Shown here: positions 1-19,259 of the stretch, piece after piece
Layout: every line of letters begins with the position of its first letter
Numbering within the stretch: position 1 is the stretch's first letter
Assembly (NCBI RefSeq): GCF_009914755.1
Contig: NC_060939.1
Source of the DNA: the human T2T-CHM13v2.0 reference genome, Homo sapiens
Strand: one strand, 5' to 3'
DNA: 64,000 nucleotides
Translations under genes and position numbers: made by a program
The notes under the pieces: model-generated
The model's database searches: none
Told to the model about the DNA's origin: nothing
Seen by the model: only the letters and a program-made list of their open reading frames with translations

Positions 1-1295
1 TGTGTATTTGCAAACATAAATTCTGAAATGATATATAAGAAACCAATTAAAAGTGTTTGGCTGTAGAAGGAGAATAAGACTGTGAATGGGATTTGGCCAC
101 ATACTTTTATAGGTAGTTATATTTAAAAATTTTCTGAACCATGTGTTTGTACACATGACCTTTTTAAAAATAAGTGAATGAAGGAATGAAGTAGGATTAT
201 GAGAAAGAGATAAGAACAAATGATCTAAGGGGCTGCCCATCTTTTTAGTACCCAGTGAATATTAATATATAACAATAGCAGCAAAAATTGGAAGAGTAGC
301 CCCAGGAGGGTAGGGAGTCAGCCTTTCCTTTGTCTTTTCCTCAATTTCATATATTAAACAAAATAATCTGAGAACGATAAAACAATTTGAAATAAAAAAT
401 GTCTCCAGATCTCTTAAAAGGAAGCTGGGGCAGCTTTCTGTAGCGCACTTCCCAAAAATGGGCTGATTTACCTCAAGAGGCAGGGATTCTAGCCTACATG
501 GGATACATACAGGAGAAAACAAAATCAGAAAAAGAAAAGATATTTAAATATAAATAAATGAAAATAACAATTCTCCCTCATTATAAAGGAAATCATTCTT
601 TTTGTAATAATTTGGATGACAAATATTAAGAAAAATCTTTAATTTGCCACTCAAAACATTGTGGTTTGTTGCTTTTTATACGTTTTTATGCACATAAACC
701 TTTTAAAAAGTAGAATCGTAGTATGTAGTCTTTTGTCACTTACTATATTTTGGGCATATTTCTGTGGCAGTAAATATATCCTGGCATCATCATTTTTAAT
801 AGCTGGATGTATATTAAGTTAATCACTGCCACCCCAGAGGTGAATTTTCTTATACACACATTTTAATGGGCTCGAGCAAACATTTTTGGACTGAATTCAT
901 AGAAGTAGAATTTCTGGAGGAAAATAATTTTTAGGGTTTTTAATAGAAATTTTCAAATCATTCTCCAGGAAAAGTGACTCAGGTTATACTCCCACCAACA
1001 AGGACAGAGCTCCAGGTTCCCCTTTCCATTTGTCATCTTTCCTGCCTTTATACAGAAAATCTCATTGTTTTCATGACATTTCTTTGATTTCTTGTGCTTT
1101 TGAATCTTTGTATATGCCACTGGCCATTTTTATTCTTGTGAGAAGTGCCAGTTTCTCCATTGCCCATTTTCGGTTGAAAATCATTTGTTTTTTTTTCTCA
1201 GTAATTTTAAAGATTTCTTTATAGTCTAAGGATACAAGCCTTTTATCTGTCATTGAGGTGACAAAACTTTCTCCCAGTAAGTAATTTGTCATTTC

Positions 1296-1567
1296 ATTTT
1301 TTCTTCTTTTCTTTTTCCTTTCCTTTCCCTTTCTTTCTTTTCCTTGTTTCTTTCTTTCTTCTTCTTCCTTCCTTGCTTTCCTTTTCTTTCTTGCTTTCCA
1401 TTCTTACTTTCTTTTCTTTTCCCTCCCTCCCTCCCTCTCTTTCTTTCCTCTTTCTTTTTCTTTCTCTCTTTTTCTTTCTTCTTTCCCTCTCTCTCTTTCT
1501 TCCTTTCCTTTCTTTCTCTTTATTCCCTCCCTCCCTCCTTCTTCCCTTTTTTTTCTTTCTTTCTTTC
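1296..1567. repeat. Polypyrimidine (CT/CTTT-rich) low-complexity tract
   Basis: ~270 nt almost exclusively C/T; explains the F/S/L and K/R/E-rich pseudo-ORFs in the track. Confidence 0.95.
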
Positions 1568-1681
1568 ACTAGCCAAGCTCCAAAGTCACATTTCACTTAA
1601 TTTTTATCCTGCCAAATTTGAAAGCCTTTTAACTTCGTGATTTTAGTGTAAACAGGAGCAGGAGAAAATGTAATTATCTAA

Positions 1682-1937
1682 GTCTCGCTGTGTCACCCAG
1701 ACTGGAGTGCAGTGCCATAATCATAGCTACTGCAGCCTTGAACTCCTCGCCTCAAGCAATTTTCCCACCTCAGCCTGCCAAGTAGCTAGGACTACAGCTG
1801 TGTGCCACCACACCCAGCTAATGTTCAAAAATTTTTGTGGAGATGTGAATTCTTTATGCTGCCCAGGCTAGTCTTGAACTCCTGACTTCAAGTAATCCTC
1901 CCACCTCGGCTTGCCAAAGTGCTGGGATTACAGGTGT
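1682..1937 (-). mobile_element. Alu (old, AluJ-like)
   Basis: gtcacccagactggagtgcagtg ... caaagtgctgggattacagg, reverse-strand Alu motifs. Confidence 0.85.
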
Positions 1938-2685
1938 CAGCTCCTGCTCCTGACTGAGAGTTTAGTTTTGTTTGCTAGTGGTGTTCTTGGTATCTTTTCA
2001 TATTTGAGGTTTTGGGCTAGTGCTGAAGTATTACACTCACCATTCGAGGTCTACAGGACTTTTGGTTTAATATTGAACAGATGGAACTGTTTAGTTCTGC
2101 ATCTTTGCAGGTATACAGAATGTGCCTACCAGGAATCTGCTTTATATCCATTGAAAGCAAGAAATAATACAGTAAAACTTTGCCTGGCTAGAGGCTTTGA
2201 AAGAATGGCGTATTCTGGTTTAATTCTATTACTTTGGAAGTATAAAGGTGAAAAAAATTCAAAACTTAAATTTCCTGTTGAATGCAATTTGAAAATATAG
2301 CCAATGATTCCACTTTTCTTCTCTAGTAAGGTTGGACATTCTGATCTACTTGGTGTTTTATTATAGAACTGCTAGTGTGCGTGAGTCTTACATTGTGAAG
2401 ATACTTTTTTAAAACTTGAGATGTAAGAGGATGTAAACGGTTTTGTAGGAGATCAGGCTGGATGAGAACGGACACTTGTAAACATACTTTTTAGACTAAA
2501 TCTCTGATTGCCGCTTGTTTTTCTTATGGAACTCATACAAATAAAACACATTGGATGGAGGGTGCGAGTAGGAAGGAGATTCTTGTCTTTTAATTGCATG
2601 TCATTGTTTCATAACAAGGCAGAACATATGGTAACCCTGGCTTTGGACCTACAGAAGGAAACACATTTTTCTACCTGCTGTATGC

Positions 2686-2853
2686 CAGAGGTTCTTGAAC
2701 ACTTGGAGGGATTACTGCAGCACAGATTGCTGAACCCTACTCCAGAGTTTCTGATTCACCAGGTCCAGGGTGGGGCCTGAGAATTTGCACTTATAAAAAG
2801 GTCTCAGGTGCTGCTGGTGCTGCTAGTCCATAGACTACATTTTGAGAACCACT
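2686..2853. mobile_element. MER5A-like hAT DNA transposon remnant
   Basis: Terminal motifs cagaggttct ... tttgagaaccact and internal cagagtttctgattca..ggtggggcctgagaatttgca, typical of MER5A. Confidence 0.7.
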
Positions 2854-3167
2854 CTTGTCTATTAAGTGTAAATTGTAGAACTCTAGAAAAAAGCTTAGTT
2901 CAGTCTGGGATAAGAAGCACACAGGTTATGGAGAAAAATCATGAAAGATTCAACCCTTGATCCCAGCCTAGTGTGGATTTCAGGTAACAAGCAGTACACA
3001 GTGACATAACACAATTCTTGGTTTTCATGATTGCAAGTCATAGCCAGGTATCAAGTGAGAAATTCAGTTTCATTTGCAAGGCCTAGAGTGGCCTGGTGAT
3101 TCTAGAAAAATGGGCCTTGTATTTGTTTTAAACCAGTAAAGAGCTTTAAGTGCTTATTAAATTGTAA

Positions 3168-3578
<411 letters not shown>

Positions 3579-3899
3579 TAAGACAAACATTTTTCCAAAA
3601 AAGAGAAATTGTTGTGATTATTCTCTGTTATTGGAATGTCGGATACTATAGTCAGCTTCATTAATCATCAAGAATGCTATGGATTTTCCATTTTTATAGG
3701 GTCTATATCTCAGTTAAGGTAATACTTGTAATTCTTGTGCTCCATTTGAAGATGAAAAATATAGGCCAAAATCATAGACTTTGCATAGAAGCTGCATAAT
3801 GAAGACAGCTCTGGAGGAACACATAGATACACACAGACACACATATATAAAGTATATACACATATATTTTTTAAAGTTTATTTTTAACAGTTTTAAAGC

Positions 3900-4207
3900 T
3901 TTTAAAGCAAAAGCCAGCCCCTCCCCTCTCCCAGAGTGGGCGGCCTCTCCCCTCTCTCTGAGTGGGCGGGGACAGCGGTTGCATGGGCAGCTTTCCTTAT
4001 GATGCTACAGGTCCCTCTGGACATGCTGCGCCTGGCCACGCCTCCTTTCCCTTTCATCTTTCTCACTGACCAATGGGCTTGGAACATTAAGGCCACGCCC
4101 CTATTCTGCGTTCCATTGGTGCCCTGGTTACGCCACCTGTGGCTCAGTTGCACAGCTGCCTGGTAGGTGACTGGAGGCATTGAGCAGTGCTCACTGGTAT
4201 TTCGCTG
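3900..4207 (+). promoter_or_regulatory. Probable proximal promoter/5'UTR of the GOLGA6L gene
   Basis: GC boxes (gggcgg at ~3938 and ~3964) and CCAAT (~4070) immediately upstream of the ATG at 4208; TSS not determinable. Confidence 0.45.
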
Positions 4208-10539
<6,332 letters not shown>

Positions 10540-10548
10540 GAGCGGGTC

Positions 10549-13500
10549 AAGAAATTGAAAAAAAAAAACAAAACATTTAAGGGGTTAATATCCTACACAA
10601 TTCATTTACTTCATTTGAATGTTAGAGCCACTTATGTTTGTGTTTCTAATTTATAGTTTAAATTTATTTGTGTTTCTAATTTATAGTTTAAATTTATTTG
10701 TTTCTAATTTATAGTTTAAATTTATTTGTGTTTCTAATTTATAGTTTAAATTTATTTTTGTTTCTAATTTATAATTTAAATTTATTTGTAAAAAGTTAAA
10801 TGAGAGTGGGTCTTTCTCTCATGTTCACTCTGGCATCTTTTAGCATTTCTTTAATTTGATAATTATAGGACGTTAGCATGCATATCGAGTTTGCCCTTAT
10901 GTGGTGGGAGTTCAAACACACAAAGACCCACTGTATGCACACAACTGTTCTTGCTGGTTTGGGATAGGCTGCCATGCTTTTTTAATGTTAGTACAGCCTG
11001 TATATTCATTACGGAATTCAGATAAAATTTCCTTATGTTCTGCTGTTATGTTTGATCGAATCCTAATCACAGTGAGCTCTTCATTAGCTCAATATGTGGT
11101 TTGCCCTCTGGAAACAGCCTTTCCCCCTTTTTCTGTGTATTGGGGATGGGAGTAATAACATTTTGGGGAGGTTTTTAAATCTCCCAGAAGAGGAAAGTGG
11201 CCTGCTTTGGCAGGTGTGTGCAGGATAGAATATGTTTCATTTGTTCCGGTGCCAAGAATGAGCGCTGTACTACGGTAGTTCCCTTAGGATTTGTATGTGC
11301 TCTAGGCTCATGAAGATACTGCCTCATGAGCTGTGGCAGTTGTACTCTTTTTTGATGACCTGAAAAGGGATTATTTCTGAGGAATGAAAGGCTCCCATCA
11401 TGACTGTGGATGTGGAAAACCTTTTCTAGCTGAGAGCATTTATATCTACAATACATTTTAAAGTCAGAGTTCATGTTCCCTGTTTTAATCACATGACTAC
11501 ATGTCCCAGTACACAAAAGGGCACTGGTTGGCGTTCTCCTTAATGTATTTAGTAAAGATCAGAAGAAATCCTTTAAGAGTTTAAATGCCCCTGGAACAGG
11601 CATATACAGGCTCTAGTCAAGAATGAATTCGAGTGAAGGAAAGCTGTGTGACACCTGGCATTCCTCTGTGTTCATGGAGCTTATTTGAGGCTAGAAGATG
11701 GATTTTACCATCTAGACCTCTCTGGCTAATAGCTAGTCTTCAACCATCTGACATAGGAATTTACTTCTTTTCCTTGAATGGAGAACACTTTAAAAATAAT
11801 AACAAACATTATTATAAACTAATATATGTGAGAGTACTTAGTTGAAACAAAAAGGAGTTTTAGTAGACAGTATTATACTACATTTGAAAATCAAGGAGCA
11901 GTTTATGCAACGTAAAACGTTTACAAACTGCAGCACAATCTACTGTTCGTGAATGTCAAAGTGTCATGAGGAAAGTGTCTATACAATCACAGAGTTATAT
12001 TTCCTCACAAAGTTCTTTACAAAGAGTGAAATATGTTTTTATACCTCTCAGTTTCAGTTAGAGGCATATTTTGTGTAATATTTATGGCTTAAAATGGACT
12101 AAAGGTCCTGTTCTTGCCTTGTCTGAACTTGCCGCTTTTGCATTCTTTGAGTTCAGTTTAAAGACAGTTACTTTAAGCCCATTTTAAACCCTCAGGCTAG
12201 AAATCGTACCACTGTTAATTAGCCACATTATTTGGTCTAACAGTTTATCATTCTGAAACTGAGCTTACCTAATACATTGATAAATTATTTCAAAGGTATT
12301 TTTATAGTTCAAATCGCTTCACTTTTACCCTGACACGTATAAATGACTAGGAATGACCTTCAGATAGCATTTAGCAACTGTAACCAATCTGACAATAATG
12401 TGTTCATCAGGTACCTGTGGATTAAATCACATACTGGCATATTTAAGCTGAATGTCAGTCTGAAAAATAAATGTACTATATTAACTCAAATACCACTCTC
12501 TGTGTAGGTATTTTGTCATATGTTTAAGAAAAAGCTAAAGAGAATGGAAATCCTATGACAATAACTATGACAATAACTATGACAAGTCTTTCTTCAAAGT
12601 GCATGCAGTCTTTTGCAGTACCTCATTCAGCCAAGTATTTGTTCTCTACCTCATTCAGTATAAGGCAGCCTTTAATTTGCTTAGAAGGCAACATTAGAAG
12701 GTTAGAGTTCAGCAGGAACATAGAATTTTAAAATGTGACTTCAACTGAATAAATTTGAATTTCTGTAGGGAGTAAAGAATCAAAACACCTATTTAAAGAC
12801 TGCAAAATATGATAATTATTTTTAAAGTAATTGATTAAACCTGGTAGGTTTTCCCAAAATGAAAAACAATCAGTTCTAAAACCAAAGCTGATTTTTAGAA
12901 AATGTGAAAATGTAAATCAACCCTATCCATAATAGATTCTCTAAAACTTTATCTTACAGTCACTTTCAAATAACTATTCAAAAATGTAACTGCTATATTA
13001 ACGTCTTAAAATAATTTAAAACATTTTAAAATATGAATACTGTAGTTTAAAACAAAGAATCTAGGGGAAGGAAAAGTAGACAAAGAAATGCCAATTCCAG
13101 TCCAAAGCTGTATTTGCCAAGTTTTCTTAGAATGACTTTTACCGATTTATGAATTCTTATACACAGAATGCATAATGGAAATACTGATTTTTGTCTAAAG
13201 TGGCATTATTGACTGCTGCTGTGATGCTACTATAATGTAATACATTATTAAATTGTTTCAAGGTGCTGTTTTGCCTAAAAATTTTGTGTGTCTTGAAAAC
13301 TATAGTACTGGGTATTGAGACTCTGCAAATTCTCGGCATGCTTGGCATGAGGTAATCGGTTTTTATTCTTACAAAATTGTAACTATGTAAGTGTGTTTAT
13401 TAAAAGAACACAAACTAAAAAAGTTAACAGGAATTAAAGTTGTGGGATGAAAAAGTTACAGGATAAAAAAATACTGTGGAAAAGTGGCAAAAAAAAGTTG

Positions 13501-13604
13501 TGGAAAAAAAGTAAAAAAAAAGTTTTATGAAAAGTTATTTTAAAAAGTTATGAAAAATTAGTTACAGGATTTAAAAAAAGTCATGGGATAAAAATAAAAA
13601 TAAA
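10549..13604 (+). other. ~3 kb AT-rich insert forming the GOLGA6L 3'UTR (probable retrocopied 3'UTR fragment; chr15 core-duplicon element)
   Basis: ATTAAA at 13399, decayed A-rich tail 13405-13604, degenerate flanking duplication taagagcgggtc/taaaagcaggcc. An ITSN2-UTR origin is recalled from the literature and not verified. Confidence 0.6.
10637..10789. repeat. AT-rich minisatellite, 30-bp unit x5 (tttgtgtttctaatttatagtttaaattta)
   Basis: Head-to-tail copies with no spacers; third copy is 28 bp. Confidence 0.95.
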
Positions 13605-14089
13605 TAAAAGCAGGCCCCTGTCAGCATAAGCCTGGAGAAGTGGGTCTGGAGTCTTCACCCCCACCATGTCCCTACAGCCCCTCCCCAGTCAGCCCTTTAC
13701 CATTAGGGTAGCAAGACAAGACCCTTGTCTAATGGAGGGAGACAAACAGACCCTTTACCACCTTGACCAAGGCTGAGTCCTTACATTTCTGGATGATGAT
13801 GTTTGTTATTTAAGAGCCAGAGGTTGGTGGAGTTGGTTTGTTTGGAGGAGGTCTGATGGCCTTCTTACTCTCACCAAAGCAACTTTTCCCTCAGGGGGGC
13901 TCCCATCTTCTTACTCAGAGAGGCAGCTGAGGCGGGACAGTGGAGTTAACTGTAGACCAGGCCAGGGCACAGGCTGCTGGGGGTGGCCCCCCTTCCCCCG
14001 TGTACATACTGTAGCTGTGTAACATTCTGTATTGTACCTAGCGGAGGTTGCAGCTGGCATATGAGGAAGAGGTTCTTATAATTATTCGC

Positions 14090-15106
14090 GGCTGGGAAAC
14101 TTATTTATTGCTAGCATAGGAGCGAGGAAGGAGGCGGGGATGGGGTCATGGCTCCCTGGTGATGGGACTCCTGTTTTTTTTTTTTTTTTTGCTTTTGATT
14201 TTGGAATAAATGGATTTAGCCATACTGCTCGGCCTGGTATGTTCCCATTTCCCTCACTGGGTCCTGCAGTTTGTCCCACTGAATGAGGAGCCCCAGAGTG
14301 TCTCAGCATGTCCAGCTGGGCTGTTGGGGACCTTCCAGGCCTGTTACCTGTATGCTGCCTGGTGACACCTGGTGGATTTCATGGGGACTGCCATGGCGCC
14401 TACGGAGTACACTCTGGCCCTGACAGCCAACTGGTTGAGAAGCCTGATCTAGCTGTGGCAGGGAAGACAGATACCAGTGCCCAAGGGCACTGACTTCCAT
14501 CCACCCCAGGTGTCTTCCGTTCTGTCCCCCTGCCTCCCTCTCCTGTCTGCACCGGGTGGCCTGTCTGTCCCTCCAGAGTGCCGGCTGCCCCGCAGGTTCC
14601 CTCCAGGCTGAGTTCAGGGCCCTGTCCCCTAGTGGCCAGAGCCGGCTTCACAGGGTAAGAGCCAGCTAAGCTCCAGGGACTTTCCAGGAAAAGTGTCCCT
14701 TGAAAAGGGTGTGACCTTTTCACTGCTCCCAACAGCACCCTAAAAATGGCTTGGCCTTTTCCCTCCCCTGAGCTCCATAGAGAACACAGCCAGCAGAGGA
14801 CACATTCTCTGTCATCCAGAAATGGGTTTCTCAGCCGAGGGACAGCAGGACTGGTAGAGACTGTCAGGCCACACAGCTGCCTGCACAGCACCGCCATGCT
14901 TGGCCAGAAGGGCGGGAGGGATGGCGGGGGCTGGCTGTCCACAGGCCGCGCATGTCCCGGAAGCTCACTGGAGGTGGTGCACTTTGGAGGGGCGATGTCA
15001 GGAGACAGCTTCCTCTTGCTGGGCTACAAGACTCCACAAACACAGCACGGGGACTGATTCCCAGTGCTAGAGGCGAGGCAGTTGGCCACGTATATATATG
15101 TATATA

Positions 15107-15137
<31 letters not shown>

Positions 15138-17990
15138 ATTTATAGCTATTTATAGAACAGGGCAGGGGCATACCACAGAGGGGGCACAAGTTTCAGCAAC
15201 GGTCAAACCTGGACGTGTCAGCTCACCACTACAACAGACTAAGTCACAGAAGAAGGGGGCTGGCTTTGGGGCTGGGGGAGCCACTGTCAAGTCACAGGAC
15301 ACCCACCCAGGCAGGCTTGGAAAGGGAGGTCTCTGAGAAGAGGAGGAATCTGTTTAGAGGTCGAAGTGGGGCCTGGGGCTCCCCGGATGGGATGGACTTG
15401 CCTGACCCAATCAGCTGGCAGTTGGAGAGAAAGCAGAGAGAAAACGGGTTAGAGAAAAGCCAGAGCTGGTGAGGCAAGTGCAGAGTATGGGTGCGCTGCA
15501 GCAGCTGTGGAGGGCCGGGGAGGGGAGGGCGTAGGTGTGGGCATGGCAAGGTTCCTGGAAAAGAGGGGCTGGAAGAGAAAGGGGAGGAAGATGGAGGGAG
15601 AAGCCGGAGCTTCATAGGTAGTGCCTGGGGACTGCGGCGGCCCTCCCCACCCCACACACGCTGGCCTCTTTCATGGCACCCAGGCAGTCCACCCATAGTT
15701 CAGATGAATGCTCAGCCCCCTCGGGCTTCTCTCTTCTCTGGTCACCCTGTCTTCCAACTCACGGCCCAGGGCCACCTCTTGCTTGGAGAGCCCCATCCAA
15801 CAGCCACCAGACCTGATAGAGAAGGAACACTGATTGAACCAAAATGGTGGAGCTATAAGGGATGGCTGGCTGGAGTGAATGCCAGAGGCCCCTCTGGGCC
15901 ATCAGAAAGCCCAGGGTCCTCTGAGGGACCCTGGGGAAGGCAGGGAGGGCAGGTAGCCAGATGCCATTGGCCATAGACTTCTAAGTCTAACAGGGCAGCC
16001 TCAACTGGTTGGCGGGGGGCTGCAGGTTACATAGGTGAGGCTGGGCCCTTCCTGCTGGGAAAAGCAGAAGAGGGAGACTCCACGGCAGGAAAGGGAAGTG
16101 AGCTCTCTAGGTGGAGCTCAGCTGGGCCAGCAGCACTATTGGCTGAATAGCACAGGCGACCCCTAGAAGCAACAGGCCAAGGTGCGTGAGCCTGCTGGCC
16201 AGCAGTAGTGCTTCAGCAGGGGCCAGGGACCCTGCCTTCAGTCGCACGCTAGCAGCTATCATGGTACCTGGGAGGGAGGGAAGGGGGCTGTGTGTCCTTC
16301 CATGGCCTATGAAGTGTGTTGTGGGATGACCGCGTGTATAGGACTCTCAGGCTTTTATCCTAGATCACCACTGGATTGCTGACAGATAGAGGACGTGGGA
16401 CCGTGACTATCACCCCTAATCTGCAGTGGATTTGGCTCTTGGCACTCCCAGGCTGGGAGCTGGATACCTGCCCTGGCAGCATGACTCAGACTGCATGACA
16501 GGTACGGCGTGCCCAGGATGATGTGCCCAGGCCTCTGGCCGCCTGAGTCCAGCCCCCCACACAACCCCCTCCAAGCTCCCAGCCCCTACACCATAAACCA
16601 TGAGCTCTGTGCCCTCTCTGATGGTTCCACATCTGCCACCTTCGGCATGGAGCCTGTTGTAAGAGCCCCCAGGCTCAGCCATGGAGACCTTGAGCAGTGG
16701 CACTGAGTCCCGTGGCTCACAGGGAGCAAAGTGAGACAGCCAGCAGCACAAGGACAGAAAGAGGAAAGAGCAAGTCTGCAGCTCCAGAAGGGAGGGGCAG
16801 GGAGCCTGGCTCTGAGGCTCCAGGTATGCCCCCTGTGTGGAGCTGGGGCAGCGGGGCAGGCAGACCATTCATGCAGCAGGCAGTGAGGCATGTACCTACC
16901 ATGGCTGACGCTCCTCAGGGGCCACTGATAGTGATTCTGAAAGACAGCTTCAAATCACATGGCAGGTCACATGCATGGGTGGGGCAGGCCTGGGGGTGGG
17001 GGACACACACACGCACATGCCGGAGTGTGCACACACATGCTGTGAGGCCCCACGGCCCACATGCACACGCTAACACACATGCCCACAAACAACACGCATA
17101 CGTCGCCCTCCCCGCCACCTCCCAATGCCCAGCACCCTCACCGGCCGGCACGTGCCACATGGATCTGGGGCGTGCAGCCACACGGCACGCTGAAGCACAT
17201 GCGTGGGCAGAGTCACAACACAGATGCTCACCCGCACACAGAGGCATTTGCACCAGCTCCCTGCACACTCGTGCCTGGCGTGCTCAGAGGACCACCCATG
17301 CTGCTCACGGAGACAGGGCTTGCTCACTAATGTCCGGCTGTCATTTCTCCACCTCAGAGCCTTCCATGGCTCCCTACTGCCTACAGCGTTGAATCCCAAC
17401 AAGTCATACTCTTTGGACTTTGAAGGTTCTCCACCCTGTGCCCCACCCTCCCCACAGAGCTCTTCCTCATTCTGTCTCTGTTCCCTGCTTTGGCCAGTGG
17501 CTATCCGCGATGTGACCCACACTACACCTCTGCCCACACTGCAGCTCTTTACCCAGTTACCCTCCAGTTCCTCACCATGTATGCCTACCTCAGTCATGCC
17601 CCAGACTGCATTGAAGCCAGGCTGCCTTGAAGAAGCTCTCCCAGACTGCCCTTTTCCCCAAGGCAGGGTCATGATTTACCAAAGGTTTCGTGTGTGTTAG
17701 CAAGACTGGAGTCGGAGCAGGCATCAAACTTTACATCCCATATGTCACACCTCACCATAGATCTGGGTGCCAAATAGCCTGAAGAGTCTGAACTCACGCT
17801 GGAAGTTAGCAAAGTGCTCCTACAGCCGCATCTGCAGTTAACATAGTATCCCTATGGCCACTGTCTCCCTTGATCCCCACAGCCATCCTAGGAGAAAGGC
17901 AGAACGTCATTTGCTAGAAGGGATGCTGAGGCTCTGGGAGGGAAAGGGACTTGCCTAAAGCCCCAGGGTGAAGCAGCATCTCTGGACTCT
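14090..17990 (-). pseudogene. DNM1P: DNM1 pseudogene, 3' fragment (37-nt alternative exon 16900-16936, terminal coding exon ~15354-15414, 3'UTR region)
   Basis: Minus strand ctgtctttcag|aatcactatcagtggcccctga (R-ITISGP*, cf. dynamin-1 RITISDP*) and gggtcaggcaagtccatccc...ttcgacctctaa (cf. GQASPSRPESPRPPFDL*); AATAAA on - at 14104-14109; tail-to-tail with the golgin as DNM1/GOLGA2 are on chr9. Confidence 0.85.
15091..15137. repeat. (TA)n(TG)n(GA)n compound microsatellite
   Basis: Visible. Confidence 0.9.
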
Positions 17991-19158
17991 CATAGACAGC
18001 CTAGAGCTGCCAGCATTCCCTTAGGATCTGTGCCCTCGGGCCTGGCTTAATTTTTTCCTCTGCAAAGAGCCATCTGTAGGGCCAGAGGCTGGCAAAGCCT
18101 GACTCATTACTGGACGCCAGTTCCTTTGCCTGACTTTCAGTGATTTCTACCTTACCCTGGGGTTTTATGTTGCTTGTCTCAACACTGTCACTTCTCATTC
18201 CTCCACAAGTTGAATTGCTCACTCCAGCCACTTGAAGCATGCTCTTCTTAACACAGTTAGCTCTAGGCACATGGTTGGTGCTAAAAAGGAAAAAAAAAAG
18301 AAGAGCATTATGTCAATTTCATTGATTAACAAAAGCGATGGCTCCACTGCAAAGCAAAGTTGATACTCCTGGGCCTCTGAGTTCAAGAGCCTTTTAGACA
18401 AATGGCTCTGAGCTAAAACATGATCATGCATGCATATGCATCTGTCTTGGTCTGATGAGATAATCTGGATACTTGCTTGTTATCCTTGAGCATTTTCCTG
18501 CCTCATTAATGTATGTGTAGCCACCACAATAATAATCATAGCTAATAATGGCTACAGCTGAGGGCTTTCCTGAACCAGGCAGTGGTTTTAAAAACTTTAA
18601 CCCCTAAAGCTGAGGACTTTCCTAAGCTAGATAGTGGCTTTGAAAACTTTAAAGTTTTCACATAGACTGTCATTGAATAATTTCTGTTTTTCAGATCAAG
18701 AAACTGAGACTTACTATCATATTTGGGATTAAGCTAAAAAAAAAAAAGAAAAGAAAAGAAACAGAGGCTGAACGCTGTCAAGTATTTCACAGCCAGCAGG
18801 AAATCGGAACTTGAACCCAGGCAGTCTAGCCCTGGGATCCTTTCCCCTTACCCATTATCCAGTGTTGGCTACACAAAACTAATGAGTACATATTTTCAAC
18901 TATAGTTTAAGTGGGTGACATATTTTTCACTATATTTTATGTAGGTGACTTTCAGTTTGGGGGTATTCTACTTACACAATCTATTGAGCTGGATATTAAC
19001 TGAGAGCAAACAGAAACTAATGAACTCTGAAAAACATAAAACATGAGCAACATGACGTCACTGCAAGAGACAAAACAGCACATAGCCTTCTTGTGACTGT
19101 ATTTTGCTGACAGTCCATGAGCTGATAGCCTGAACTCAGCAGTGCTGTTCCCTTGGGA

Positions 19159-19159
<1 letters not shown>

Positions 19160-19203
<44 letters not shown>
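19160..19203. repeat. (CA)n microsatellite
   Basis: ~22 units. Confidence 0.95.
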
Positions 19204-19206
<3 letters not shown>

Positions 19207-19259
19207 TTGGTGGTTTTCTGCCCCCCACCCCCACCCCAACACACACACGAGTTGGTGGT

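Noticed and set aside
1286-1640. F/S/L-rich and K/R/E-rich ORFs
   Set aside because: Artefacts of the CT low-complexity tract
10637-10789. Possible CRISPR array (30-bp repeats)
   Set aside because: No spacers, no cas genes, eukaryotic context; it is a minisatellite
12553-12586. 12-bp repeat ctatgacaataa x2.5
   Set aside because: Small slippage duplication with no further support
16355-17700. Many 65-230 aa ORFs with near-identical twins at 48300-49750
   Set aside because: Apparent conservation is just the inverted duplication of GC-rich DNM1 intron
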